A stretch of 64,000 bases of DNA from Paragordius varius (Eukaryota > Animalia > Nematomorpha). The stretch lies in assembly GCA_964247055.1 (NCBI GenBank), contig OZ176051.1, positions 8,060,001 to 8,124,000 on the forward strand, written 5' to 3'. Made by a program: the position numbers and the translations under genes. This document shows, piece after piece, positions 1 to 14,300 of the stretch. How positions within the stretch are numbered: position 1 is the stretch's first letter; each line of letters begins with the position of its first letter. Under the pieces are notes generated by a model, which was given only the letters and a program-made list of their open reading frames with translations, was not told where the DNA came from and made no database searches.

Positions 1-17
1 TCAAAATTTAAAAAACC

Positions 18-112
18 AACTTGAAGTGTTCAAGGACCCACTTGAAGTTTTTAAGGACTAACTTGAAATGTTCAAGGACCAACTTGAAGTGTTCAAGGAC
101 ACTCTTGAGGTG
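18..112. repeat. 21-bp tandem repeat, about 4.5 units
   Basis: Unit approx AACTTGAAGTGTTCAAGGACC repeated with 1-3 substitutions. It explains the KLVLEHF periodicity of ORF 8..193. Confidence 0.9.
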
Positions 113-1194
113 CAAATGATAAATAACTATTTTGTAACTATAGTTATCGAAATACGATATTTTTTGGAATGAGGCATTTACAGTTGTCACCAAAAAACAT
201 GAAATTTTTCAATATGAAAAAGTATTTAGTTTATAGGCTCTGTTTAATTAAAAAAGCTTATCATTAGGGGCTAGGTATAGATGATATTTGGTTGGCGTTC
301 AAATACTGACAAATGTGAATCATAAAATAATTTTATTTGTATGTTAATAAGGTTAATAATATAAAGATTAGCAGTGTCTATTTGATAGAACGAACATATT
401 GTGGATTCCATTCGCACGTCTGTGAAAAATATTTAAATCATATTAAAATTAAAAAGCATATTTAAAACATCATAGATTTAGATATTTGCATAAAATTGTT
501 ACATTAAATAATTAAAGACAGTTTTTCTTAGTCCCGTATTAATATAAAATTGTTGCACCATTTTAGCTAATAAAAATAATAAGCTTGTAATAAAACAGTT
601 TTTAAATCTTTGGTTGATCAAAAAAGTCTGAATAAATAAATGGTATTTGTTAAAAAAACTAAACAGCTAATTTAAAGTTTACAATTAGGCAATGTATTAT
701 TTATAGATTTTATTGAAATACTAGTATTTTAAACGTATAATATATTTATTTATTTTGGGAAATACTTTTGCGTTTATTATAGCCAAACCCTAAAAATTGT
801 GATGGTATAATTGGTGTTTTAAATATCCTTACGTATATATGTTAAACGATTAAGCGTCAACAAGATTTTACCCAAAATTTGAGACTTTATTTATGTAACT
901 TAATATAATTAGTTCATTGAATAGAAAGTCGTTTACAGATATTCTATTGATTAGCAACCAAAATTAATTGCACCTAAACCCTAAGATAAATCTTAATGTT
1001 AAAAAAAATATTTTGGATACAGCGACCTAATTCGTACTATAAACTAAATTATTTATATTTTAAAATCTCTTCAATTATAATTTTAATTCTTAATAATTTG
1101 AAATTTAAAACAGAAAATGGCATGCATTAATGATATATAAAATTATTAAAATCATAAAACAAAATTTTGGTAAAACCGCCGCATAAGAAAAAAT

Positions 1195-3802
1195 TTACAT
1201 AATCTTTAGGTTTAGAAGCGTTAATTTTTCATCAGTTTGTTTCGTCTCATCGATATTTTTTGTGTCTTGTGTCATTGTTTCAGTTATAACTTGTTTATCA
1301 TTTTCATGTGACGCCATTGTAATAGGCCCCTCAAGTATTTCCACTTTTTCTATGTCATGATTTTCATCGCTGTTATTTGACACTACATCATTTGGCGTCA
1401 AAGCATCTAAAGCAAATAAACGTTTAACACTGGGAGCTGGTTCAGCTATTTTCAATAATTTTTGGTAGGATTCAATTTGATCGCATAGCTCTTTCCGTTT
1501 ATGTTTTAATCGACTTAGGGCTAAGAGACTATCATTTTCTTGTCTGTAAAAAGATTGTTTTGATTCATATTGGTTTTGTTTCTGAGTCAATTCATTCATG
1601 AACGCATCTAAAGCATCTACTTCTATACCCTCACCTGTTGGAGTTTGTTTAATAAGGGTAGTACTAAAATATAATTTTAATATAAATACAAATAAAAATT
1701 ATATTGTAATATACATGTAAATTTCGTATACAAGTTTAAATGATATCTTACTCTTCTAACTTTAGATTAGTGATGCGGTCAACTTCTTGGTCCAATGTCT
1801 ATTATAAAAATATATATTGCACATACTCATTTAAATATAACTAAAAGCATTATAGCAGAATTAATTAGTATTATTAGTAAAAAAACTTTTCATACAAGTA
1901 TTCGATTTTACAAATAATTTTATTAATGATAATAATATAATATGGAAAACAAATATTTAATATTCGGGAAAAAATTGATGGTTAAATTACGAAACTAATT
2001 ACTGATAACTCTTCGGTCAATTGATTTATTTGTGCAGTTAAAGATTCGTAAGTATGGACAATGGTGTTTGTATCAGCAACGGTTTCTTCCGTAGTATTGT
2101 TTTCATGTAGTATTCTAAAATTTGGTCAGTATAAATAAATATACGCAAAAAAGGTAAAATAAAGGTATGGTGATGACATACACCAAGAATTACCTATAAA
2201 ATAATGGTTTTATTAATTATGGATAATCAATGCCAAATTCATTTTGATAAATTAAATATACTATATTATAAAATTATAGTTGTTTTAATTATTAGAAGGA
2301 CAAGTCTTGTAATTTAATATGTGATGTTAAACAAAAGATTTGGAATCAATAAAATGGTTTGACCTTCATCTTAATTAGATACGGACCTAACGCAGTTTAA
2401 GCTGTGAGCAAATTTTTAATTATAAATAATAGGTTAATATAGATTTTAATTGACAAAACAATTGGGTGAGGAAAATTGTGTTTTTTGAACGGTTTAAGTA
2501 AAATCGCCGAATTTTATGATTTATTCAAATATGATTGTTAATACTAATCATAATTTTAGTCAATATTTTACACATGGTGTTAAATTAACATGCTGAGAGA
2601 AATATATATTTTTAATTATAAAATAATTTGTAACTTCGATGATAACTTTTTTACTATACAATAAAATACACTGTTAGCGCATTAAAACTTTAAAAATAAA
2701 CAAAATAAATAGTAATACCTTTTTTTCCTTAATTCCCGCTTCCGTGATAAAGTGCCAGTACGATCATCAAAGTCATCTTCATCACTTTCATAAAAATCTT
2801 GGCTTAACAACCGTTTGTTTTTAGCTTGCGCCCCAGTCATGTATCCTATCATATTACATATATTTTAGAAAATTAAAAAAATATAAATGAAAAATATTTT
2901 TTGAGTGAAATAATGAAAACTAATTTTTTAAGGCGTAATCATAAATTTTTACGTGATTTATTTGGGTTCTTAAATAATCCCAATACATTTAGAAATTTGC
3001 ATGCAGACTCACAACAGACTATTAATGCTTGTTTTTTATTTTGACCAACGCCTTCAATAACCTTCGTACTTGGGCCAAGTTCTGGTAAATTAAGCATTAT
3101 GCAGCAGATAAATTGTTTTTTCTTAACACCGGGTTCATCTTTTATTTCATATTCAAATGGGTGACCTATATATTTTAATGTAAAAACAACTCTAACCTTG
3201 ATTCTCTAAATAATTTTTTAAAAACTTTTTGGGATCTTTCAGAAAACTACTTTCATTAATTTGTTCGCTCTCTAAAGCGTTTTCTAATTCCGTTTCATTA
3301 ATAGCGTCTTCATCATCCTGCATTCCCCAGGTAGCGTAATTATTACCAGAATTAACATTTTTTGTTGTTTTAGTTTGTTCTTTTTCTTGATCATCATCTG
3401 GACCCTTAAAATCATGATTAATAAATATACTGAGATAACATATAAACGGGTGCTATTTCCGAATTTTATTACATAACCCGTGTGTAAACGATAATAAACC
3501 AATGAATCTAAACGCCTCTTATTTAAAAGAGTGCCATGAGTACTTCCGAGATCATATATATAGTATCCAGGATATTTATCTTCAAAACGTTTATCGCAAT
3601 ACTGAATGATAGCATGATACCTTGATACCGAGGGATGAAAAAGTTGAATATCGCAATTTTCACATCTTCCAAAAGATACAAACGATTTATCGTATTTAAA
3701 TTCAATTTTATCGATAATTGATCCATCTTTTAAAACTTCCAATGAATAATCGGAGTTAGTTTTAGCCGAGGCCCATATGGGTGTTTCATATGAAAGATCC
3801 AT
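1195..3802 (-). CDS. SLC4A1AP: Kanadaptin-like FHA-domain protein (multi-exon)
   Basis: Exon 1 has the FHA motifs YSLEVLKDG, FGR..CDI.L.HPSVSRYHA, YDLGSTHGT.LN and IKFGNSTRLY. After a 26-nt intron (3405..3430) come ATWGMQDDEDA and LKDPKKFLKNYL. A dsRBD-like exon follows a 31-nt intron (3166..3196). Then FYESDEDDFDDRTG, DALDAFMNEL and a coiled coil ending LLKIAEP. This motif order matches kanadaptin. The small middle exons are approximate. Confidence 0.85.
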
Positions 3803-6800
3803 CAATATGGTTTTAAAACCTTACACATTACCGTTAATGGTTAGCACTTGACAACACATTCATTTCAGTCCTACGATACAAGTTAAGATAGTTGGATACA
3901 CCACTTCAAAAAGCCCTTTATATAACATTGATGAACCGATATATAAAAATATTTTTAAAAAACACTTGATATTAGTTATTTTGAGGTAATATCCAAAGGT
4001 AGCAATTTACTTCACATGATATGTGTGATTTAGCTAAATTTAATATACAAAACAAAACTTTTTCTATATACACTGTGTGCGAAAAAAGTTTTTTTTCATG
4101 AGATAGCTTATGACCAGCGTCTTCATTTGCCGCAAAAATTTTTATTTGTTGACCTAGTTTTTGAAATATTGGGTGGAGTGATAAAAAATTTTTTGACTTG
4201 ACTTGGAAGTTTTTCAATGGTTTGCTTTCATGTGATAAAAAAATTTAATATTAGAGGAGTTAAGTCAAGCAAGAAAACTTGATTCGGAGGTGATAAAAAA
4301 TTATATGATCAAGTAAAATTTAAAGATTTTACATGTGTAGTGTAGGGCAAACATAATAGATTTAAAAATATGGATAAAATTATTTTGGAAACTATTTATG
4401 TATATAATTTAGGTTATATGTGTAATAAAAACCTTTGTTAATGAACTGTTTTATTGATAATTTTTGGCTAATTAACCTGTTCAAATTGGATGGATACAAA
4501 AGGGTATAATTTTTTAGAAAAACTCTGCTAATATTTAATTTTAGATTAAGGTTCTAAAAGTCCAAACTTTTCTATTTTAAAAAAGACTATTTCTCTTATA
4601 TTAAACGCAAAAATGCCGATGCGGAAAATTTTCAAATATATGATAAGAAAAAGTGTTATTATAAATATCTAAAGGCATATATCGTTTCCATCATGTCTCA
4701 AGCTAGGATGAAGTATGCCTAAACAAAATTTTGCTAAAAATTAAATTTTTTAAAAAAAGTATGCATTTTTTATAAATATTTTCAGCTGAAAAAATTTAGC
4801 ATTTATTCAAAAATTTTATTGCGTTGCGTTATTTTATATAGGACTAGCTCATTTTAGAAGAGCAAAAAAATTTGGGACTCTCGGAGCTTACACTCAAAAA
4901 ATATTTTTTAAAAAAAAATTATTGTTTTACTTTTTATATGTATTTTATAATATATTTTAGTTTTTTGGGCTGAAGCCTCTAGCTTTCACCAAAAAAAATT
5001 AATTAAAAAAGTATGCCTAAATTTTGCCATTTTCGGATATGGAGCACATACCACAAAAGTGTAAATAACTTTTTAAATCAAAAGGCCAAAACCAAAAGCA
5101 ACATGATATTCCTGATACATTTTCCTGTCAGAATATATATATTTCATCAGGTTATATTATACTCCCCGATTTCGGACGCAGCGTGATATATATTTTTACC
5201 TGCTGCATTAGCGACATAATATTAAGAAAAAAAGATGGCGGTACAAAAATATAAATAATCCTTTTTATCTAATACAGAAAAACTATGTTTGATAATTAAT
5301 TTTAAAATATAACTTTAAAACCGTACTTATCTACAAGAATGAGCTCTGAAATATAATAACACAATATATGATCGCAGGGAAAAAAGTGGAAAGGTCATGA
5401 ATTGTGAATCAGAATTTAGATTAAAATATTCCTTCGTTTGCAAATTTTTGTTAACAAAAATTCACTCAAATTTAAAAGCTAACAATGGATATCAACCGAT
5501 GGGATAGAAAGGTTAAGCATCATTGATTTATGTAGAAAAAATGTTTTTATTGTCTTAAAGTGTTTTGTATACCGTTTACACCATGCTTCAAGATACCATA
5601 TACCTCACCAAAATTTTAATATAAATTAAATTTTTAACCAAAATATCCATATTTTTGGAAAAAAAATTTGATGTTATAATTACCATATCAAAATTTTTTA
5701 TGCCGCACTCTCTGCATTTGTGTGTTTTGTTTAAATTGTTATTATAAAATGTGTGGACATCAAAGAAATTCCAAACAGCCAGCCAATTCGAATTCCTTTG
5801 TTTAAAAAAGCATTTAATATGAAGTGTTTTTATACCGTCATTAGGCTCCAAAATTAAAAATCTCCCTTCTCCTAAATTTTGCTATAAACTAATCTTTTAG
5901 ACAAAATATCCAATTTTCCGATAAAAACTTTTTATTATGAAAATTTAGCATATATTAATAATTTTTATCGCGTTATCTCGGCCCTTTCCTTTATCATAAA
6001 AAAACTTGCCCATTTTGGTGGCCAGAAACCTGAGCAACACACATCTAAAATAAAAAACCTACTGATTTCCTGGGTATTTCAAATCAACATGTTTGTTCCG
6101 AAAATTGGCTCAATCATCTTCGATGCTACTAAATACGATATAATTAAGAATTTGTTTTCCCTTTAAAACCCGTTATTCAACAACTACATTTTTAAAGGGT
6201 TAATTAAATTAGTATGGCACATTTCAAAAAAAACCAAATACTATTTAATTTAAATAGTCATACATTTTTTCCGGAAAATTTATCCAAAACCATTAATAGT
6301 TTTGAAATCCCTATTCTCACACGAGGTGGGGCCAAACTGATGAGTTGATCTAAACCGGCTCATTCACTTTAGTCATATTTATTTTTGATTAAAAATTTTT
6401 TAATTTTAATTCCATACGTTTTTTGTAAACGCTAAACACTGAGCTTTTTATTGATATATATGGCAAATATTTAAACGCTTTACTTGATTTAAAAAAAATT
6501 ATAGTCATAAAACTTTTAATCAATTGTTTTGACGAATTTTGGCATTTATATTAAAATAGACGCCCATTTAGATTAATTTCATTTACTTAATATATAGGTT
6601 TGCATCAAAGTAAAACGGATCCCACAATTTTCAATATTATATAGATATATAAAATTGTGATTTGTTCTTTACATTTTTTATTAATAAATGGAGATACAAA
6701 TTTAATAAAAACTATAAATTACTTCAATAATTTTCTCACGGTGTAACCAATGCCTAAATCCTAGCGTATGAAAATATAATTGGAATATTATAATATTTAA

Positions 6801-6922
6801 ATGATACGTTTTAATTCATATTTGGCTAATAATATCTTGCGCTATTGTAAGAAACTTCTCAGATTTATTCCAAAAATATAATTATTTCCGATTATTAATC
6901 CACATTATTTTTTTTATCATAA

Positions 6923-8200
6923 ATGTCTTTTTACAACAATACTCTGTTTAAAGCCCTTGATTTCTGCGATTTTAAGCAAAAGTATTTTCTCATAGAAAAA
7001 TGGCATTATGTAATTCTGATTCTTCAAACTGTAATCGTGGTAAGTGGTTTAATTGGCAACGGAGTAGGTTATTTCCTGGTTAACAAATTACCCATGTACA
7101 AACCAACAAGTCCCAATTACATTTATTACTACATCTTATCGTGGATGACAGGAATCAATATAATTGCTTGCGTTTTAGCCTTTTTGTCTGTTTGTGAAGA
7201 ATGGAGGTGGCTAAATTATGGTCGTTACTCCTCTAATATTTCATGGGTAAAGTTCCGAGCAAAATATTTGTATCTCTTAATTAACACATTTTATAATTCA
7301 TCATCTCTCATACTATGCCTTATGCTTTGGGACCGTTATTATAGAATAAAACACCCATTTCTCCATAATTTTATGCCAAGTCGGCGATGCTGGGATCAGT
7401 GGACTCTTAAAATATATAAAATTTTACCATTTTTTATTGTGGTACTATCCTTTAGCCTTTCATTTACTGGATACTATTATTTTGATATAAATGAATGCAT
7501 AATATTGGATGAAAGGAAAAACATTGTTAAACCCTTAGTAGATGATAACGATGATATTTTTCAAGTCAGCATTCATAGCGCTAATGAAAAAAATACCAGT
7601 TTAACTGCTTATGGTTTAAATGAAGTACAATCTGAAACAATGTATTTTTATACAAAAATGAAACGACCAGAATGGATTTTTAGATATGATAATGCACGCA
7701 TTGCCATACTTATTGTGTTACCGGCTTTAATCATATTTGTATTAGGAATCCTTATAACCTACAACGTATTAAAGTTTGTCAAAAAACACAATAGGGTCGT
7801 AAATTTTGTAGATCGAACAAGAACTATTCCTACAGAATTTCGATCCACAGATGCATCTCGTGGAACCACTATAGAGTTCTCGAGGGGCTCTACCACTCAA
7901 ACCAGACCTGCGGTAAGAGGAAAACGTAAAATGGTGGCCAAAAATATTTCATCTATGATTTATTTCATAATGTATTTAATTTTGATTACTCCTAATGTCA
8001 TAATTGCTATATCAAGAGATAAGCATATCAACAAAAAGTTTGAGGTATTGGCAAATATCATGGAAAACTTATTCTACTCTTTAAACATATTTGCTATCAT
8101 GTTTTTTGATCGGAACGTTATGAAACAAAGCAAAATTACATGGCTTATGCTGAAAGAAAAGACCATTAATTGTTGCAAAGCTAGTTTTATCGATAGATAA
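6923..8200 (+). CDS. Intronless class A (rhodopsin-like) GPCR, 425 aa, probably neuropeptide-receptor-like
   Basis: Seven hydrophobic segments, TM1 GN (SGLIGN), TM3 ending LWDRY, TM5 LP, a basic ICL3, TM6 ITPN and TM7 NIFAIMFF. Confidence 0.85.
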   Translation: MSFYNNTLFKALDFCDFKQKYFLIEKWHYVILILQTVIVVSGLIGNGVGYFLVNKLPMYKPTSPNYIYYYILSWMTGINIIACVLAFLSVCEEWRWLNYGRYSSNISWVKFRAKYLYLLINTFYNSSSLILCLMLWDRYYRIKHPFLHNFMPSRRCWDQWTLKIYKILPFFIVVLSFSLSFTGYYYFDINECIILDERKNIVKPLVDDNDDIFQVSIHSANEKNTSLTAYGLNEVQSETMYFYTKMKRPEWIFRYDNARIAILIVLPALIIFVLGILITYNVLKFVKKHNRVVNFVDRTRTIPTEFRSTDASRGTTIEFSRGSTTQTRPAVRGKRKMVAKNISSMIYFIMYLILITPNVIIAISRDKHINKKFEVLANIMENLFYSLNIFAIMFFDRNVMKQSKITWLMLKEKTINCCKASFIDR

Positions 8201-8324
8201 TGCATGCATAGATTATATTTATATATTATAAAATATTCTTTTGAATTTAAATGCATAAATTATACACCAAATACCCGAATGGGTGTTTTGACCAGATGAC
8301 ATATCAATAATAAATAAATATATT

Positions 8325-11300
8325 TTAGATGCGTATTTTGTTTCCCGTATCTGTATCAACGTTGTCCTTATTGGACGCATATTGTTGTTTAAAATGTTTT
8401 TCTAAATCATTTGAATAGGTTTGAATGTTGGATGAAACACCTTTTGTCATTACCTTTTGTTGATTATTAACATCTCTATTAGTGCCAGATAAATGTTTAA
8501 AGTTTGCCTTTAAAGCTCTATCAATTTGGGTTTGCTGGAGTTTTGCAAAATCCTCATTAATTTTTTGTAGTAAATGATTATTCTTTTCAGAACATGGCTG
8601 ATTAACACTAAAGCGATTTTGCGGATTTTGTTGAATTTCATAGAAGTTTTCAACTACAGTTTCGTTCGCATTTGTGCTATTTCCCACACTTCCATCCCCA
8701 AGTGAGACATTATTTTGCAGGGAATCTGTGGAGTTGTGTCCATTAGCGTTGAATGAACCATGTTTCACAATCGTACTTGCGTTGGGTTGTTGTGAATAGA
8801 GGCTAGGGTTCGAAATATTGTTCCATATGTCAGAGACTTTACTATATAAATAAATATTATATATATATATATATTATTTTGTGTTAAAATTTTAAAATAA
8901 TATTATTTTAGCGCTAGCTAATTATAGATATAATACCTGTTTAAATCTGATTCTTGATCATTTTGAGGGGGGATATCATTTTTTTCGTAATGATTTCCGT
9001 TCCAATCTACGTGTTTTCTATTGTTGTTTGAATATGATATAAAAAACTGTATTGTGTAATGCGGAAACATAATTAACATGGTTCCAATAAAAACCTTCTC
9101 AACAATATAAAAATACAACATTCCTAATAAAATAATTTATTTTGATTGAATTCTTATATGTATATATATAATTATATATTTAAAATTTTATGAACTGATC
9201 CCTTATTAAGCGATACTAAATGGTATTTTGCGACAAAGGTGTATTTTATAAAGGTATTAATGAATACACTACTTGTGAAAAATAGAGATAAAACGAAAAT
9301 ATATAATTAATACTTTTGTTAGTTTCCATGACGAAAAAAATTATTTTTATCAAATTTTTTAATTTTTATCCCTTTAACATTAAATAAATTCATATCATAA
9401 ATTAAAAGGCAATGATTAAATATCATTACTCTTTGTTTTAACCGTTAAGTGGTTTCAATCATCCAAATAGCCATAATTTAATTTTATTAATTTATTACAA
9501 CGGTTATCCTATTTAATATATTATCAATTTTTTTTGATCCGGTTAACCCCTGTTTTAAGAATGTATAATTAACTTTGTAACAAATTGTAAATAATAATGT
9601 CATAAGATTCAGCCGTGACAAAACAACAATAGTATTATATATAAAAAAAACTATAGCATACCCATGCAAAGCATTAATTTTTGGCAAAAATCCCCCTAAA
9701 GTTGATTGATTTTGATAAATTGATTCATGCTTATGGGAGATCCCATTATGTAAACGACTTATAGAGGTTGCCATGGCTGCTTTGAGTTTGCGGCGATACC
9801 TTGAAAAATTTTAAATTGTCGTACACATTTGATTTTATGAAATTTATCTATATAACGAGAGTAAAAGCAAATAATAATAAATAGTGTAATTAATGAAAAT
9901 GGTAAAGACCTATTAATTTAGAGATAAAAATACACCAATCTTTGCTAATATAATGAATATGGTTAGACTCTATAAAATTTAAAAAAATACTAAATTTTTA
10001 GGTCACATTCACGGCGCTTTAATATAAAAATTTATACGTTTTTTTTAATGGTAAGAACTTGAATTTTACAAAGATTAGGAAAGATTTTATAGGTTAGAGA
10101 GAAAGAAATAGTCAAAGATTTTTGCTCTTTCTGGATTCAAACTTTAGTATAGTCGCGCCCAGCTGCCTTTATATATTTAAATATACCATTAATCCTTATT
10201 TAGGTTTGGGCCTTTTGATAAATAATGTACATTTTAAAATTTAAAAAAAAGAAGTGTCGATGAAAAACAACCAAAAATTAAAGAACTTACTATTTGATTT
10301 GGGACTTACTTTCCAATTTTTGACATTTATAACTAATGGTTAAATTCAAATATTATTAAATAATAACATGAAATTAGTAAAAAAAGAAATTAGTATACTT
10401 TTTCCTTTCAGGAATCCAAATTGTTAATAATGTCAAAATAGTTATTGCAAAACATAACACCGTCCCATAAAAGGTGTACTTATAAAACGTTAGTGCATCA
10501 TAGTCACTATAATTCTTTTGTGCATTTGGGCTCGTCTATAAAAAAAATAATATATCTTTTAGTCTATTTATTTCTAAAATTGGTAATTTAAATATTTTTA
10601 AAAAACATCATTATGGAATAGATCTTTATAATTAATTATGATTCACAAAATTCACATAATTACTATTTTTTCGATGTCATACTCCATCTTTAGTTGAGCG
10701 AAATGGGCCCTATGCGTATCCAAAATTCTAAAAAAAATTATAGATATTAAAATTTGGATTTTTTAATATAAATTGAATTCATACAAAAACTTTTATAGGC
10801 AGATCAGAACGCGAATGAAGAAAATAAATTTAAAGGTCCTTGCTTTAAATAATATTTAAAAAATGGAAATAAAATTATCTTGATAAATCATTCGCGTGTT
10901 GCTGTGTTAGATAAAATTATGTAGACATTAGATTTGTATTGCATTGATTTATACCTGTTTAGTAAGGAGACATATTATTGATGGTTGGATTTTTTAATTA
11001 ACGAATTAATAAATAATATAAACTAGACCAAGTTTGCATTATATCGCTTTACCTAAATTCTACATACACAGGGCCATGTAAAGTTAGCCAGACATTTCGG
11101 TGAATGAGCCAACTGAAATTAACTAGCTATGCTTTATGGCTCAAGCTTAAATGGAAAAATCGGACCCATTTTGCGACAAAAAAATTTGAGAGAACCTAGG
11201 GTAGTGCTGACCAAATCATGACCCGGTCAATCAGTGACTATTTATTTTTTGACCATGGTCATTTCAGCTGTTTTTTGAAAAATTGTTGGTTATTTTTTAA

Positions 11301-14300
11301 TATATTACAAAAAAAATAAATAAATATTTAACTTTGCTTATTTAAAAATTTAAAATGCAAAACATGCATCCTTAAAACATTAGCATTTAAGCACATCCAG
11401 TTATTTCGAAAAAGAAAACAATCCAACTTTTTATAAAATATTCAATTATTCCATATATGTGAACTAATAAAATAAAAAACATTTTATAATTGGATATTTC
11501 AATGATCAAAGAAAGTGTAAAAAAACAGGAAAAATTTTATTTGAAATATCCAGTATTAAAAGCGAGGTATTTGATTCAGAAGTAATTCAATAATCCAATA
11601 TCGCATGGTATTTACTTAGGTAAAGTGGTCATGACCGTGGTCATGACCATGGTCTGACCGGGTCTGACCGGACTTTTTTGAAAAAGCAGTCAAATGCACA
11701 ACCCTAAGAGAATCACAAAAAGTATGAGAAAAATATGGTTATACACAAAAAAAACGAATTTCAGTCTGTGCAACAATGTACGCAAAAGCAAGAAAATACA
11801 TGATTAATTTGCTTAAATAAAATCTAATTTTTTCTTTATTAACCAATCTAAGGACCCTTTATAATAATGTTATTCACTAGTGAAAATATCCGTTGAAAAT
11901 TACTTCACCTTGGTTATAGATATAAACTGGAATACCAATTTTGTTGAATATCAAACCAATTCAATACATTATGTTATGATTACTGTATTATGACACAGAT
12001 ATTTTTCGAAGCTTTTTATAACTCATTAATAATTTTTACACCTCCCCTTTATCCATTAAATATAATTTTAACACAAACATTTTCACACAATAAAAAGTTT
12101 GAATGTTTTAAAAACATCTGTTAAATAATTTTAGCTTTAGATGATCAATTTTATCGAATAAATAAACACTGCAACATTCACTCAAATATATTATATATAC
12201 TTTATAACATCCTGGAAAGGTATTATTCGATCATGTTGGTCAACAAAATGTCCAATTACGCTTGTTCTGCAATCGTTAAGAAATAATAAATAGAAAGGCA
12301 AGTTAATATAACCGTAAAAATCAAAATAAAAACAAAATTTAATTAAAAGACATATTTTATGAACAGAGCCATATTTTAAATCTTGATAAATGGTTAAAAT
12401 GTTTACTATTTTGTTTGTATTTAGGGGTCGTTTTATATCCCAGAGCGATTTGAAGTTTGAATATATTAAAAAGTATCTAAGGTTTTAAGCCAAATTTAAA
12501 AATATGCTTTCTTTAGCCTTTTAGGCGCATTATACAAAGTTTTTTAGAAAAAATGTAAAAAAATCATCATCTAAAACTTTTTCGCCGCCATTTTTTATAC
12601 AAATTTTTATGAATCGCTCATGCAACAGGAAAATAATTGTAAATTATGGTTAAAAAAGTATATAATTATCCTTAAAAAGCTTTCAGGCTACATTTTACCA
12701 ATAAAAATTTGATATATTTTTATTTTAATGACAGCTGTTCGTTTTAAACGTTTTTTGGAGCTGTTCAGGCTTGAATCAAAACTGCATTTACCTAATACAT
12801 GAGAACATTGTTTGATAATTAAATTTTAACTAAAATAATTTTAAAATCTGTAGTTTAATTACAAAGTTGAGCTCTGGGATATAAAACTACTACCCCAAAA
12901 AGTAAACTAGGACAAAAAGTGAAAAGCTAATGAGTTAAATATAATTTATATAAAATAGACTTACATTGTGGCTGAATCCGTTTTACCGTTAATATCCATA
13001 TAATTATCATTGGCAATTTCATCTATGTTGTAATTAAACCCAGTAATTTGCCTCAAAGTTCTGCCCAGAAATAATATTATATTTATATAATAAAAATAAA
13101 ATTAACAAACGCCATACTCTGAGAAACGGGTTTGTTTAAGATTAAACATAACAACCGGCATAGAGAGCTGGAAACGTATTTGGTCCTCGGGATGCAATAG
13201 AAAAATCTGTTGGTATCATTTAAATAAATTTTTTTAGGTATCAAGTGTAAATAACGTGTGGTTATAAAGGGGAAAAGGAAAACACCCTATTTTATACCAA
13301 AAATTATGATTTTGAAATGCAAAACATACTGCGACCAATTCAGATTTGAGTACTCGAATAAAACAAAATTTTATCAGTTATATATTCTATAAATATATTT
13401 CATAGTGTCAATATCATTTTAAATAAAGTGATTGGTTTAAAATCGTTTAGTTAATTTTCCAGAGGTCCGATAATTGAATTATTAGGCTTCGCTCCCTTTT
13501 TATAAGCGTAAAAAGTTTATTGCTTAGCTAATCTATATTTTCTGTACATAATTTAATATAAATGGAACATTTCATACAGCGCAAAGACAAGTTAAATAAT
13601 TTTTATAAATAATTTATTACATTTAAACGGTTTTTGTTTAACCTATTTATAATGTTAATTAAAATGTTGTTTTAAGCAGGTTTTATTGTCAGTATAAAGT
13701 GAAAAAGCAAAAAAAACCCAATCTAAACTTTGATAACAAAAATACTCACTATATTTAATCATTTCATCTTTCAAAATGGTCAAATATAAAATAAATAACA
13801 TCGTCGGAAGAAAAGCTACATTTATAGTTTTATTAAAAGTTAAAATGCCTTTTAAATATTCAAACTTATTATTGGATTTTATCATATTTTAACAATATAA
13901 TGCTAGATTTATTTTTTGGATAAAGAATGTATTTAATATCGGCATATTTCGTTTATAGGTCGGAAATATGGCCTATATATTGAAATTTTAAATTATAAAT
14001 TTTTAGATTGTTTTTATGGGGATTTAAGCTAGCACAAATTATATACAACGGGTGCACACTGTATTAACACTTCGATTCAATGGGGTATCTAAATACCTTA
14101 GACTAAATTTATGCTAGGATTTTAAAAAAACTACTGAAGGAAACGGTCCCAATTTAAATTTATGCTTTTATCATATTAAAAATTATATAAATATGCCTAA
14201 ATATCCAAATAAAATTTTGTTTTGAAAAAATTTCATGTCCAACTACTTCGACGCCATTTTTATTTTACAAAATTTTAAAAAATCGTCTTCATTTAATTTT

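Noticed and set aside
8-193. ORF with heptad-like KLVLEHF repeats
   Set aside because: It is a by-product of the 21-bp tandem repeat, with an alternative start and no homology cues.
5588-5851. 87-aa ORF with HKCRECG, as a zinc finger or piggyBac tail
   Set aside because: A single CxxC and no catalytic motifs or defined termini; it lies in decayed repeat-like DNA.
6337-6370. CTGATGAG as a hammerhead ribozyme core
   Set aside because: No GAAA follows the putative stem II, and stems I and III cannot be formed.
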